NCBI GenBank assembly: GCA_963727775.1
Contig: CAVSHB010000001.1
Span: 416,001 to 480,000, forward strand
DNA from: an uncultured Nitrospiraceae bacterium
Lineage (GTDB): Bacteria; Nitrospirota; Thermodesulfovibrionia; Thermodesulfovibrionales; SM23-35
Direction: 5' to 3'
DNA length: 64,000 bases
Shown here: piece by piece, positions 55,607-64,000 of the stretch
How positions within the stretch are numbered: position 1 is the first letter of the stretch
Layout of the letters: the number at the start of each line of letters is the position of its first letter
Position numbers and translations under genes: made by a program
Notes under the pieces: generated by a model
The model's database searches: none
What the model was told of the DNA's origin: nothing
Seen by the model: the letters and a program-made list of their open reading frames with translations, nothing else

Positions 55607-56886
55607 AGTGCCCTGCTTCATAAATTCGGTCACGTATTTCCCAGAGCTATGCGGCTAATGGAAAATGTACTATTGTAACCCTGCTTATCTTTTTGAGCAA
55701 TTTGCCAAGATCCTGTCTTGTAAACTTCCACTCGAACGGCGTGGCGATTTTTTCATAATATTGTTCGAAGGAAATCAATCGGTTTTCAAGGGCCGAAAGC
55801 GAAGGGAAGGCATTAGGGGTCAGGGCTTTCCTTTGCAGGATCGAAAAATAGATTTCGATCTGATTCAGCCAGCTGGCATGAACTGGCCCATGAACAAGCT
55901 CCAGATTCGGATGCCTTTCCTTCAGTCGTGCGACCGACTTTACGCCGCGATGTGAGGAACCGTTGTCGACAATCCAGAAAACCCGTCTGGCTTCGTTATA
56001 GGGCGATTGTGCCATAACCTGCATCACTAATCGGTCGAATGGTGCAATCCCACTTTTTCTCTCGCAGCGTCCGAAAACTTTTGCCCGGTGAACATCGAGT
56101 GCAGCGATATATGCCCACGCACCGCATCGTTTGTACTCATGTTCCACCCTCATGGATGCACCTTGCGCTGGTGGCAGTGTTGGATGACGCCGAGATCGGG
56201 CCTGAATGCTTGTCTTCTCATCAGCCGATAGGACAAATTCGTCGTCTTTTAGGCATTTTTTATTCCAAACCCTCTCGTAAAGGTCGAGAATACGACCAGC
56301 TTTCGCAGTAAATTCAGGATCACGAGGAAAAATCCAGCAACGATGCTGCCACGGACGGATAGCATCTTCATTGAGCCAACGCCATACTGTGCAATCACTG
56401 ATAGTAGAGACTAGTCCAGTCCGACGAGCCTCGCGAGTAATATCCGCTACACTGAATCGTGAGAGTGGGAGATTGTGTGTAGCAGGCAATTCGCAGGCCA
56501 GTGCCTTAATGCTCATGACCAGCTCTGGGGGAAAAAGCCCGAGGCCGACCCGAGCGAGGGCGTTCTTCAATACCGTGCAACCGTTCTTCAAAAAAACGTT
56601 TTCTCCACATGCTGACAACCTCCCGCCGCGTATTCAAACGGTGGGCTATTTCGTCGTTCGTTAACCCATCCGCGGCCAATAGAATCATCTTGGCGCGAAG
56701 TACTTGATAATACGGTAACGTATATTTTGTGGCACATCTCATCAAGTGTTCCACTTCCTCTGGCGTCAGCCTTATGCTATATGGACTTTTCCTTGGCATT
56801 GATGACCTCCTTACGATCAATCATGCCATATTCGATTCTATTTAGCAAGCTAATATTACGTTAGTGTAGTTATGATATTATGTACT
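55607..56886 (-). mobile_element. IS630-family insertion sequence
   Basis: Split transposase; imperfect terminal inverted repeats sharing TCATAA..ACGTA; CTTAG at both junctions (55604-55608, 56885-56889). Confidence 0.85.
55647..56799 (-). CDS. IS630 transposase, two frames joined at TTTTTCCCCC (56527-56536)
   Basis: HTH part MPRKSPY..RSGRPRAF; catalytic part DEKT, EY.R.G, DN.SSH, SWLNQIE. Confidence 0.88.
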
Positions 56887-56891
56887 TAGCT

Positions 56892-57006
56892 ATGGAATGA
56901 GTTGCCGTTGTTCGTGAAGACCTATGATTATACGAAGTGGCTCCTTGAGTATACGATCAAGTTTCCCCAAAGCCAGCGTTTTGTGAATAATCATTGTTGG
57001 GCGTGA
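56892..57006 (+). pseudogene. avd: avd (DGR accessory four-helix-bundle protein) 5' remnant
   Basis: Hand translation NELPLFVKTYDYTKWLLEYTIKFPQSQRFV; ATG 56892 is out of frame by 1 nt; resemblance stops at ~56985. Confidence 0.7.
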
Positions 57007-57094
57007 AAATAGATAATAACTATTCAAATAGATATAACCTTCGCAAAGCAACTAAATACAGGGCTATACGTAAGATTATTAACAGGACATTCAT

Positions 57095-57236
57095 TAATCT
57101 CCATACCCCGCCGTCTCTGCGGCGGGCACCTTACGTCGTCGGGGTGCAGGGCGTCGGAGCGAAGCGCAGACCCTTGCCGACCCGCGGGGTCTAATACCCC
57201 GTGGTGTCGTGCCGAGCAAAGCGAGGTTTAGTTTAT
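57095..57236 (+). mobile_element. 142-bp element, copy 5
   Basis: Identical sequence; follows TTCAT. Confidence 0.85.
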
Positions 57237-57261
57237 TATTCAATGAAAAAGAGGAGGAGGG

Positions 57262-57537
57262 ATGGCTAATTATAAGATTAAATGTGAAGCTATCGCCGTC
57301 CGCAGTGAATCCGGAACTTGCCCAGGTTCAGCTAAATGCCGAAAGGGAGAAACTTATATCCTGACAGCTCGAACACCTGAACCCGGAGGGATGTGCGGTC
57401 GGGCATTTGCTTCCATACATCCAATGGCATTTGCCATGCGGTGGTCGGAGAAGATGGAGTGGGAGAAGACTGATCACGTTAATGTCATTTGTCCGGACGG
57501 TTTCGTGACCTACAGACTTTCGAGAATAAAAGAATAG
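57262..57537 (+). CDS. Small Cys-rich protein resembling the TIGR04076 family
   Basis: GTCP, GMCGRAFASIHP, CPDG; strong SD GAGGAGG. Confidence 0.65.
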   Translation: MANYKIKCEAIAVRSESGTCPGSAKCRKGETYILTARTPEPGGMCGRAFASIHPMAFAMRWSEKMEWEKTDHVNVICPDGFVTYRLSRIKE

Positions 57538-57685
57538 GCTGATAAGCGCTTCTTCCTCTTCTATGTCTTCTATGTGGCAAGGCAGGAACATGATGCCGTG
57601 GCGCTGATTTTAACGGATAATCGACACCGCAAGACAACCAAGCCAATATTATACTGACTTCTCTTTTTCTGGTAATATAGACATA

Positions 57686-58036
57686 ATGCATAACGGCAAA
57701 ACCTATCCTCTAAGAAAAGATTTACTCACAGCGGTAGTTGATTCAGAGAAATCCATCGCAAAGGTGGAGATTAAAGAGGTGACCATGGGACCAAAACAGA
57801 AGGCTCCCTTACACTTACATCCATGTCCAACAGTCGGGCTAATTACCGAGGGAACAATTTCGTTTCAAATTGAGGGTAAGCCCGTTCAACCCCTTAAAGC
57901 TGGTGATGCATTCTATGAACCTGCAAACGTTAGAGTAGCCAAATTTGATAATGATGGCGATACTCCTGCGAAATTTGTCGTGTTTTATCTGCTCGGAAAA
58001 GACGAGCACGAAATTGTTCGCATTCTACCCAAGTGA
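57686..58036 (+). CDS. Cupin-domain protein
   Basis: PLHLHP, EG.I, L.AGDAFYEP. Confidence 0.8.
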   Translation: MHNGKTYPLRKDLLTAVVDSEKSIAKVEIKEVTMGPKQKAPLHLHPCPTVGLITEGTISFQIEGKPVQPLKAGDAFYEPANVRVAKFDNDGDTPAKFVVFYLLGKDEHEIVRILPK

Positions 58037-58217
58037 CAATCCGAAGGATAGAGCAATGAATGAAGAAGCAAAAACGGCAGCAAGTACAAATTATACAGTG
58101 GCACAGATAAGCACATTTAATAAACTCAATAGCTACAAGTTCAGTCATCAGAAGCTGCCATTCGACGTCTTAGCGCAGCAATCTTCACCAGAGCATCAAG
58201 TATAAGGAGCATAACAG

Positions 58218-58655
58218 ATGTCCATCAGTAGCAATGCCAAAGAGATACTCATTCAATTTACCCGCGAGGTATGGAGCGAAGGCAATATCGAAGCCTCAGA
58301 TAAATATATTGCACCAAAATACACAATTCATCACGATCCTGGCGATCCATGGGAAGGTCGGGAACTTGATCTCGCAGGCTATAAGGAGCGCGTCAAAACA
58401 TTGCGTGCGGCGTTTCCCGATCAGTTCTTCGACATACAGGGACTTTTTGCCGACGGTGACGCTGTTGTGATGACTTGGCTCTGGTCAGCCACGCACAAGG
58501 GGGACATTCCTGGATTTCCCGCTACAGGCAAGCAAATCAAGATGTCTGGAGCTACGGTTTACTATTTCGATGGTAGCCGACTCACTGGGCATTGGCAGAT
58601 CACTGATCGTCTTGGCGTGTATCAGCAGTTACAGCGGGCATCTACTCGTGCCTGA
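58218..58655 (+). CDS. SnoaL-like ester cyclase family protein
   Basis: AAFPD, DGD.V, THKG.IPG.PATGK. Confidence 0.85.
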   Translation: MSISSNAKEILIQFTREVWSEGNIEASDKYIAPKYTIHHDPGDPWEGRELDLAGYKERVKTLRAAFPDQFFDIQGLFADGDAVVMTWLWSATHKGDIPGFPATGKQIKMSGATVYYFDGSRLTGHWQITDRLGVYQQLQRASTRA

Positions 58656-58663
58656 CGAATGCC

Positions 58664-58730
58664 GCCCACCCATCATTCCACCGGACCTGCGCGAAAAGCC
58701 GCGCATGCCGCTGAATTCAAACATTGCCTG
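58664..58730 (+). other. Degenerate attC-like site
   Basis: GCCCACC-CATCATTCCACCGGACCTGCGCGAAAAGCCGCGCATGCCGCTGAATTCAAAC-ATTGCC; imperfect palindrome just after a stop codon; AAC/GTT cores mutated. Confidence 0.6.
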
Positions 58731-58923
58731 TTCACTTTTAACGGTAATCAAAACTTTTTTCACATTATCGATCCCGAGTAGTTGCGCGGTGAAGTCACCC
58801 TTCTCAATAACTTCCTTGAAGTCCGCAACATTGAAACCTGATATAATTGTGCATAGTACAACTGGAAATGCGCATTCCTGATTTGCTTGAAGATAACATA
58901 TATGTTATACTTCAAGTGTAATT

Positions 58924-59271
58924 GTGATGAACTGGACTATCGAATATTACAGGGATTCAAAAGATAAGGAACCCGTTAAAGAGTTTATTGATGGTCTTCC
59001 TGAGAAATCGCAGGCACAAGTAATCGGGAAGATTGAACTTTTAGCAAAGTATGGCGTATTGCTGAAAGAACCTTATACCCGACACATCAGAGGGAAGATT
59101 TGGGAGCTTAGAATAATTGTCAGCAAAGGATATAGCCGAATTTTTTATTTTTCGTATACAGGTAGAAGATTTGTTTTATTGCACGCTTTTTTGAAAAAAA
59201 CAGATAAGACCCCGCCAGCGGAAATAGACATAGCTGAAAAAAGAATGCAGGATTTTATAAACAGACAGTAG
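58924..59271 (+). CDS. RelE/ParE-superfamily toxin (HigB/Gp49-like)
   Basis: PVKEFI, IWELR, RIFY, LLHAFLKKT.KTP..EI..A. Confidence 0.9.
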   Translation: MMNWTIEYYRDSKDKEPVKEFIDGLPEKSQAQVIGKIELLAKYGVLLKEPYTRHIRGKIWELRIIVSKGYSRIFYFSYTGRRFVLLHAFLKKTDKTPPAEIDIAEKRMQDFINRQ

Positions 59272-59290
59272 ACGACCAAGGAGGATATAG

Positions 59291-59608
59291 ATGAAAAAGA
59301 AATATGTGAGAGGTACAACTATAGAGGAACATAAGGCAGAGCTTATGAAGAATCCGAAATTCAAGAAGGCGTGGGAAGAGTTGAAACCTGAATTCGATCT
59401 TATGGAAAAGATGATTATAGCGAGAGGAAAGGCCGGGATATCTCAGAAGGAATTAGCGCGGAGGATCGGCACAAAGCAGAGTGCGATAGCCAGACTTGAA
59501 GGGGGAGGTTTTAACAAGGCGACCGTCGAAACTTTGGGGAAAATCGCCGACGCTCTTAATTTTAAGTTAGTAATAAAGCTGCAGCCCAAAAAAGAGGCTA
59601 CGGCTTGA
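59291..59608 (+). CDS. HTH antitoxin (HigA-like)
   Basis: GISQKELARRIGTKQSAIARLE; directly downstream of the toxin. Confidence 0.9.
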   Translation: MKKKYVRGTTIEEHKAELMKNPKFKKAWEELKPEFDLMEKMIIARGKAGISQKELARRIGTKQSAIARLEGGGFNKATVETLGKIADALNFKLVIKLQPKKEATA

Positions 59609-59684
59609 TATAGCTTCGTTGTGATGTCCTTCCTCTTCTCCACACATACCAGCCGTGATATAATTGTGAGTAGTACAACCAGAA

Positions 59685-60047
59685 ATGAACAAAACCGGCT
59701 GGGACAATAAAGACGTCTACGACGGAGGGCGCATGCGCTGGTATCACTACATTGCCTACTTCTTTGGTGGGGCGTTCCTCTCGAACGCCGTGCCCCACTT
59801 CGTAAGCGGCGTGTCTGGGCATTCGTTCCCCAGCCCGTTCGCGCATCCACCCGGGGAAGGGCAGTCGCCCGCGCTGGTGAACGTGCTTTGGGGCTTTGCG
59901 AACCTCATCATCGGCTACTTGCTTATCTGCAAGGTGGGAACCTTTGAGCTGCGACGCTGGCGGCACGTCCTTGTGGCCGGGGCCGGAGCACTCTTGATGG
60001 CCGTGATGCTCGCGCGGGCATTCGGGAAGCTCTACGGCGGGTTGTGA
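59685..60047 (+). CDS. Small membrane protein; GC-rich body, start may be the later MRWYHY
   Basis: FLSNAVPHFVSG, FPSPFA.PPG, NVLWG; three hydrophobic segments. Confidence 0.7.
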   Translation: MNKTGWDNKDVYDGGRMRWYHYIAYFFGGAFLSNAVPHFVSGVSGHSFPSPFAHPPGEGQSPALVNVLWGFANLIIGYLLICKVGTFELRRWRHVLVAGAGALLMAVMLARAFGKLYGGL

Positions 60048-60508
60048 TAGGGACCTCTCTCTCGACCCTCCAAATTTGGTGATCCGAAATCAACAATCCT
60101 TCCTTGTTTAGTCCGCACCTATTAAACCTGATATAATTGTGTGGAGTATAAAGGGTAATTAATGATTAATGTCGTCGCAGATTATCTTCTATGGCAATAG
60201 CAATTGTCCCGTGGCATTGTGAACGCTGTAAAAGTGAGATTGGCGGAGTCTTCAGGCTACGTTGTTCACAGTGCAACAGAATGATATGTTTGTTCTGCGT
60301 AGCTCCGATTGCTTCGGTAAAGGCAAGGAAGGTATTCTGCAGAAGTTGTAAGCCTATATAGATAAATTCATATCTTCCTGAAAGCCACACTATGGACATA
60401 CGCTTTTTTGCAGGTCAGTTTCTATCGGAAATGTGTTATTATTCCGTTCATGGGATCAGAAAATACCCGCAGGGTATAGTAATTGTGTACCACCAAAAAG
60501 GAGTACTT

Positions 60509-60964
60509 ATGAAAAAATATTCAATCTATGCGGTCATAGCAGGACTCATTTTTTTATTTTCTTCCAGTGTAGATGCTGGCGTGTACTCGGATGATTTATC
60601 CCGATGTTTAGTCGAATCTTCAACATCCTCAGACAAGCTCATGCTTGTGAAATGGATGTTTACTTCCATGTCTCTTCATCCAGCCGTCAAATCGATGGCA
60701 TCTGTATCAGCCAAACAACTTGCTGACTCTAGTAAAGAAACAGCAGATATGATCGTAAACCTTGTCACTAAAACTTGTAGAGATCAAGCCAAAAAAGCAA
60801 TAAAATATGAGGGTGGGGTCGCACTTCAATCGAGCTTTAGTGTTTTTGGACAAGTAGCTGCTAAAGAATTGTTCTCCCACCCTGATGTGGCCGCTGGGTT
60901 GGCAGGGTTAGAAAAGTATTTGAGTGCTAAAAAAATAAAAGAGGCCTTGGAGATAACTGAGTAA
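60509..60964 (+). CDS. Exported hypothetical protein (cassette-like)
   Basis: SD AAGGAG before ATG 60509; signal peptide MKKYSIYAVIAGLIFLFSSSVDA; two Cys. Confidence 0.72.
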   Translation: MKKYSIYAVIAGLIFLFSSSVDAGVYSDDLSRCLVESSTSSDKLMLVKWMFTSMSLHPAVKSMASVSAKQLADSSKETADMIVNLVTKTCRDQAKKAIKYEGGVALQSSFSVFGQVAAKELFSHPDVAAGLAGLEKYLSAKKIKEALEITE

Positions 60965-60970
60965 AATATT

Positions 60971-61017
60971 GGCTAACCGGCTCATTCACCAGATGGCGAC
61001 AAGCGCGGCGCAGGTCG
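60971..61017 (+). other. Left part of an attC-like site
   Basis: GGCTAAC core 6 nt after a stop codon, then CATTCACC..GGCG..CGC..GGT; right arm and GTT core absent. Confidence 0.45.
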
Positions 61018-62280
61018 TTGCGTATAGCGCCCGTAAGTCTTCAGTCTCGATCCTTGCTTGATTTTGAGGACTTGTAGGGTATGCTGTGTAAAACGTATGA
61101 CTTGTCGGTTAAAGTCCGACGGTGGGAATTTGGTAGCTCGCCCACATAGCTTGAGGGAGGTGCCAAGGGTAACCTAAAGCATCAAGTTTCCTGACAAAGG
61201 CTCCGAAAGGGAGCTGAGCAAATCTGTGGGTCGCAGCTAATGCGAACCCAGACGTAGCCTCGAAATGCACAATGGAGTTGTCGACCCTCTCCTACATTGG
61301 GGAAGACCGCTGCATCTATCCTAACAAAAACTACCATAACCGATAGATGGACTTCCGGGGTAACAGGGGTGACACGCAGAGGAAGCCATATGACAATGAA
61401 CACAGGAGACCCTTGTCGATGCTGTACAGGACAGTAACCGGTGGATATAAGGCGACGAAATTCCACGGGGTCGGCAAGGGAGTCGGATTTGCCCATAGCG
61501 TACCGTTTGTATCCCGAAGACAACATAACTTTGGGAGAGGGAAGGGGCAATGCTTTTATCATGTTTTCGAAGAAGTAAAGGAAAGGAGATTGCGTAATGC
61601 TGAAAACTCCGGAAAAGATTCGAGAACTTCAGAGAAAACTATACCAGAAGGCCAAGCAGGAAAAGGAGTACCGATTCTATCTTCTATATGACAAGGTCTA
61701 CAGGCTGGATATCCTGAACCATGCCTATAATCTTGTCAGAGCAAACAAGGGTGCGCCGGGAATAGATGGTGAGACCTTTGTCCTCATAGAAGAAAGAGAA
61801 GGAGGAGTAACGGGATATCTTGAAGAGATCGCCGTGGAACTCAAGCGGAAGGAGTACAAGCCGAAGCCTGTCCGTAGGGTATATATCCCGAAGACAAGCG
61901 GAGGCAAAAGGCCGCTTGGAATCCCAACGATCAAAGACAGAGTAGTGCAGATGGCTGTAAAGATAGTGATCGAACCCATATTCGAAGCCGATTTTCAGGA
62001 AAACTCATACGGGTTCAGGCCGAAGCGGAGCGCTCATCAGGCGGTAGACGATGTGAAAGAGCAACTCATGAGAGGCAAGACTGACGTAATTGATGCCGAC
62101 ATCTCCAAATACTTCGACACCATTTCCCACGACAAACTTATGCAGTTGGTAGCGAAGCGGATAGTGGATAAGAACATTCTGAGATTGATAAAGATGTGGT
62201 TGAAAGCGCCGATTGTGGAGGAACGTGAGGATGGAAAGAAGGAGTATAAAGGGAATGATAAGGGGACTCCCCAAGGCGGT
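61018..62280 (+). mobile_element. Group II intron, 5' portion; 5' boundary uncertain
   Basis: About 580 bp of hairpin-rich non-coding sequence (GTCGGTTAAAGTCCGAC, GCTCCGAAAGGGAGC) before an intron-type RT; candidate start TTGCG. Confidence 0.75.
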
Positions 62281-62319
62281 TTATCCAAAGCTTTGGATAA
62301 TCCGCCTTATCAAAAGTAA
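61597..62319 (+). pseudogene. Group II intron reverse transcriptase/maturase, truncated at GTPQGG
   Basis: GAPGIDG, RPLGIPTIKDR, SYGFRP, DADISKYFD, GTPQGG, then unrelated sequence; no YADD. Confidence 0.92.
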
Positions 62320-62456
62320 AATATTATCCAAAGTAAATGCTGTAAGCGCTTGATACAGTTAGGTTTGGGGTTCATTTACTTTGGATAATACGGCAGACCA
62401 AGGTATTTATGGGAGATTGAAGAACCGATCTCACTAAATATTTTGGAGGAATACCG

Positions 62457-63692
62457 ATGAACAGCCCGCCTTTGCAAGATTTAATCACACGACTGGAAAA
62501 AGAACTGTACCGTCTCCATTACAAAAAAGATACGGTAAAGTACTATCGCATGATGTGGAAACGTATTGTCGCGTTTTTCGAAAACGAAGGAGTCGACCAC
62601 TTTGCAGAAGAAGTGGGTATGCGTTTTCTGGACAAGCAGTATAACTTTTTCGAATTAGAGGAAGCGGGAGATCTAACGCAATCGATCATTAACGCCTTTC
62701 GAGTTGTCCGGATGCTTGGTGACTTCCAGCAACATGGCAGCATTCTGCGCAGGTACTACAAACAGAAAGAGCTGCTGTATAACGACGAATTCAAGGAGGT
62801 ACTGCAGTACTATGTAACCCATTGCCAGCAGAAGGAATACTCCAAAGTGACACAAAATCACTATGGTAAAATTTCCGAACAGTTTCTGAGTTTTTTGGAA
62901 TCACAAAAGATTGTCTCTTATTCAGATATTACCGCTAAACATGTATCCGGCTATATCAACACGTTGTTGGGGTACAGCTATAAGACTGTAGAATTGCATC
63001 TTTGTGCGTTGCGCTCGTTTTTGCGCTATCTTCACACTAACGATCTTCATCCACAGGACCTGGCAGAAACCATCCCTGCGATTAAGGCCAGAAAGCAAAA
63101 CAGAATTCCTTCGGTATGGACTCCGGAGCATGTCGCCAAGTTGCTCGATGTCATAGGCAGAGGCAATCCTGCCGGAAGAAGGGATTATGCAATGATCCTT
63201 CTGGTCGCGCGGTTGGGCCTCCGTACGATAGATATCAAGCGTTTGAAATTGGACAACCTGAAATGGCCGGATAATCGCATCGAATTGATACAGTCCAAAA
63301 CGTCCGGAGTGCTGAGCCTCCCACTTCTTCCCGATATCGGCTGGGCGATCATTGATTATCTGAAAAATGGGCGTCCCAAGGTGGAAAGCCCCTACGTTTT
63401 TTTGCGGCACCTTGCGCCACTGGAACCATTCTCGGATGAAGACAGACTGCATCAAATCTTGGTCAAATATATGAGACTGGCCAAAATCCCGATTTCTCCT
63501 CAGAAAAAGAGAGGCATGCATTCCTTACGGCACACGCTGGCAAGCAGATTACTTCAAGAGAAAACACCCTTATCCGTTATTTCCGATATATTGGGACACG
63601 TCAGTTCGGATTCAACGGCTGTCTATCTTAAGGTGGACGTGGAGATGCTACGTGAATGCGCGCTGAACCCCGAGGGGGTGTTCGAGTCATGA
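62457..63692 (+). CDS. Tyrosine recombinase (RitA-like)
   Basis: RRDYAMILL...LGLR, HSLRH, ILGH, T.VY. Confidence 0.92.
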   Translation: MNSPPLQDLITRLEKELYRLHYKKDTVKYYRMMWKRIVAFFENEGVDHFAEEVGMRFLDKQYNFFELEEAGDLTQSIINAFRVVRMLGDFQQHGSILRRYYKQKELLYNDEFKEVLQYYVTHCQQKEYSKVTQNHYGKISEQFLSFLESQKIVSYSDITAKHVSGYINTLLGYSYKTVELHLCALRSFLRYLHTNDLHPQDLAETIPAIKARKQNRIPSVWTPEHVAKLLDVIGRGNPAGRRDYAMILLVARLGLRTIDIKRLKLDNLKWPDNRIELIQSKTSGVLSLPLLPDIGWAIIDYLKNGRPKVESPYVFLRHLAPLEPFSDEDRLHQILVKYMRLAKIPISPQKKRGMHSLRHTLASRLLQEKTPLSVISDILGHVSSDSTAVYLKVDVEMLRECALNPEGVFES

Positions 63693-64000
63693 CCGAATTC
63701 ATATATAGCAGTCCATTTCAGGAATTTATCCAGGAAGTGATTCTACAAAAGCGTTCGCTGGGGTATAAGTATGACAGCAGTGCACGGGTGCTTTACCATT
63801 TTGATCAGTTCTGTCTGACATACGGCTGCACAGAACCGGTACTGTCCAAACAACTTGTCGATTCATGGCGTCAGAAACGCCCGAATGAAGCTCAGGCGAC
63901 TTTACAGATCAGGGTATGCGTTGTACGGCAACTGGCCATGTACATGACTCGTCTCGGGGTGCATGCTTATGTGCTTCCCAAAAATACCCTCCCGAAGGGA
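63689..64000 (+). CDS. Second tyrosine recombinase (RitB-like), 3'-partial
   Basis: ATGA overlap; hand translation MTEFIYSSPFQEFIQEVILQKRSLGYKY...FDQFC..; open to the window end. Confidence 0.78.
   Translation, partial: MTEFIYSSPFQEFIQEVILQKRSLGYKYDSSARVLYHFDQFCLTYGCTEPVLSKQLVDSWRQKRPNEAQATLQIRVCVVRQLAMYMTRLGVHAYVLPKNTLPKG

Larger units (their letters stand above)
62281..64000 (+). mobile_element. RIT (recombinase-in-trio)-type element, left end; runs off the window
   Basis: Repeated TTATCCAAAG boxes at the junction, then two overlapping tyrosine recombinase genes. Confidence 0.75.

Noticed and set aside
61597..62319. This RT as the DGR reverse transcriptase
   Set aside because: It has intron-type motifs (GAPGIDG, RPLGIPT, GTPQGG), follows intron-like RNA, and lies over 4 kb from the avd stub.

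Overview
Bacterial chromosomal window; gene content suggests Nitrospirota/Thermodesulfovibrionales-like (inference, not a database result). 1-12.7 kb: S10-spc-alpha ribosomal cluster (rplW to rplQ; no rpmD or adk). 13.7-22.9 kb: type IV pilus locus with two tandem pilB genes sharing an identical 5' ~500 bp, then pilT, pilC, pilS, pilR. 23-32 kb: housekeeping genes and a DsbC-family gene with an in-frame UGA in its CxxC motif and a SECIS-like hairpin (probable selenoprotein). 33-41 kb: c-di-GMP/regulatory block. 41-52.6 kb: LPS core, ilvBN, ETF-QO, recQ, ligA. 53-64 kb: accessory region with a YhhQ/VUT-like diguanylate cyclase, a decayed diversity-generating retroelement (FGE/CLec target plus avd stub, split by IS630), cassette-like genes with degenerate attC sites, a toxin-antitoxin pair, and a group II intron interrupted by a RIT element. 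Five identical copies of a 142-bp multi-hairpin element with IS200/IS605-type ends follow TTNAT targets; one splits a PilZ gene.
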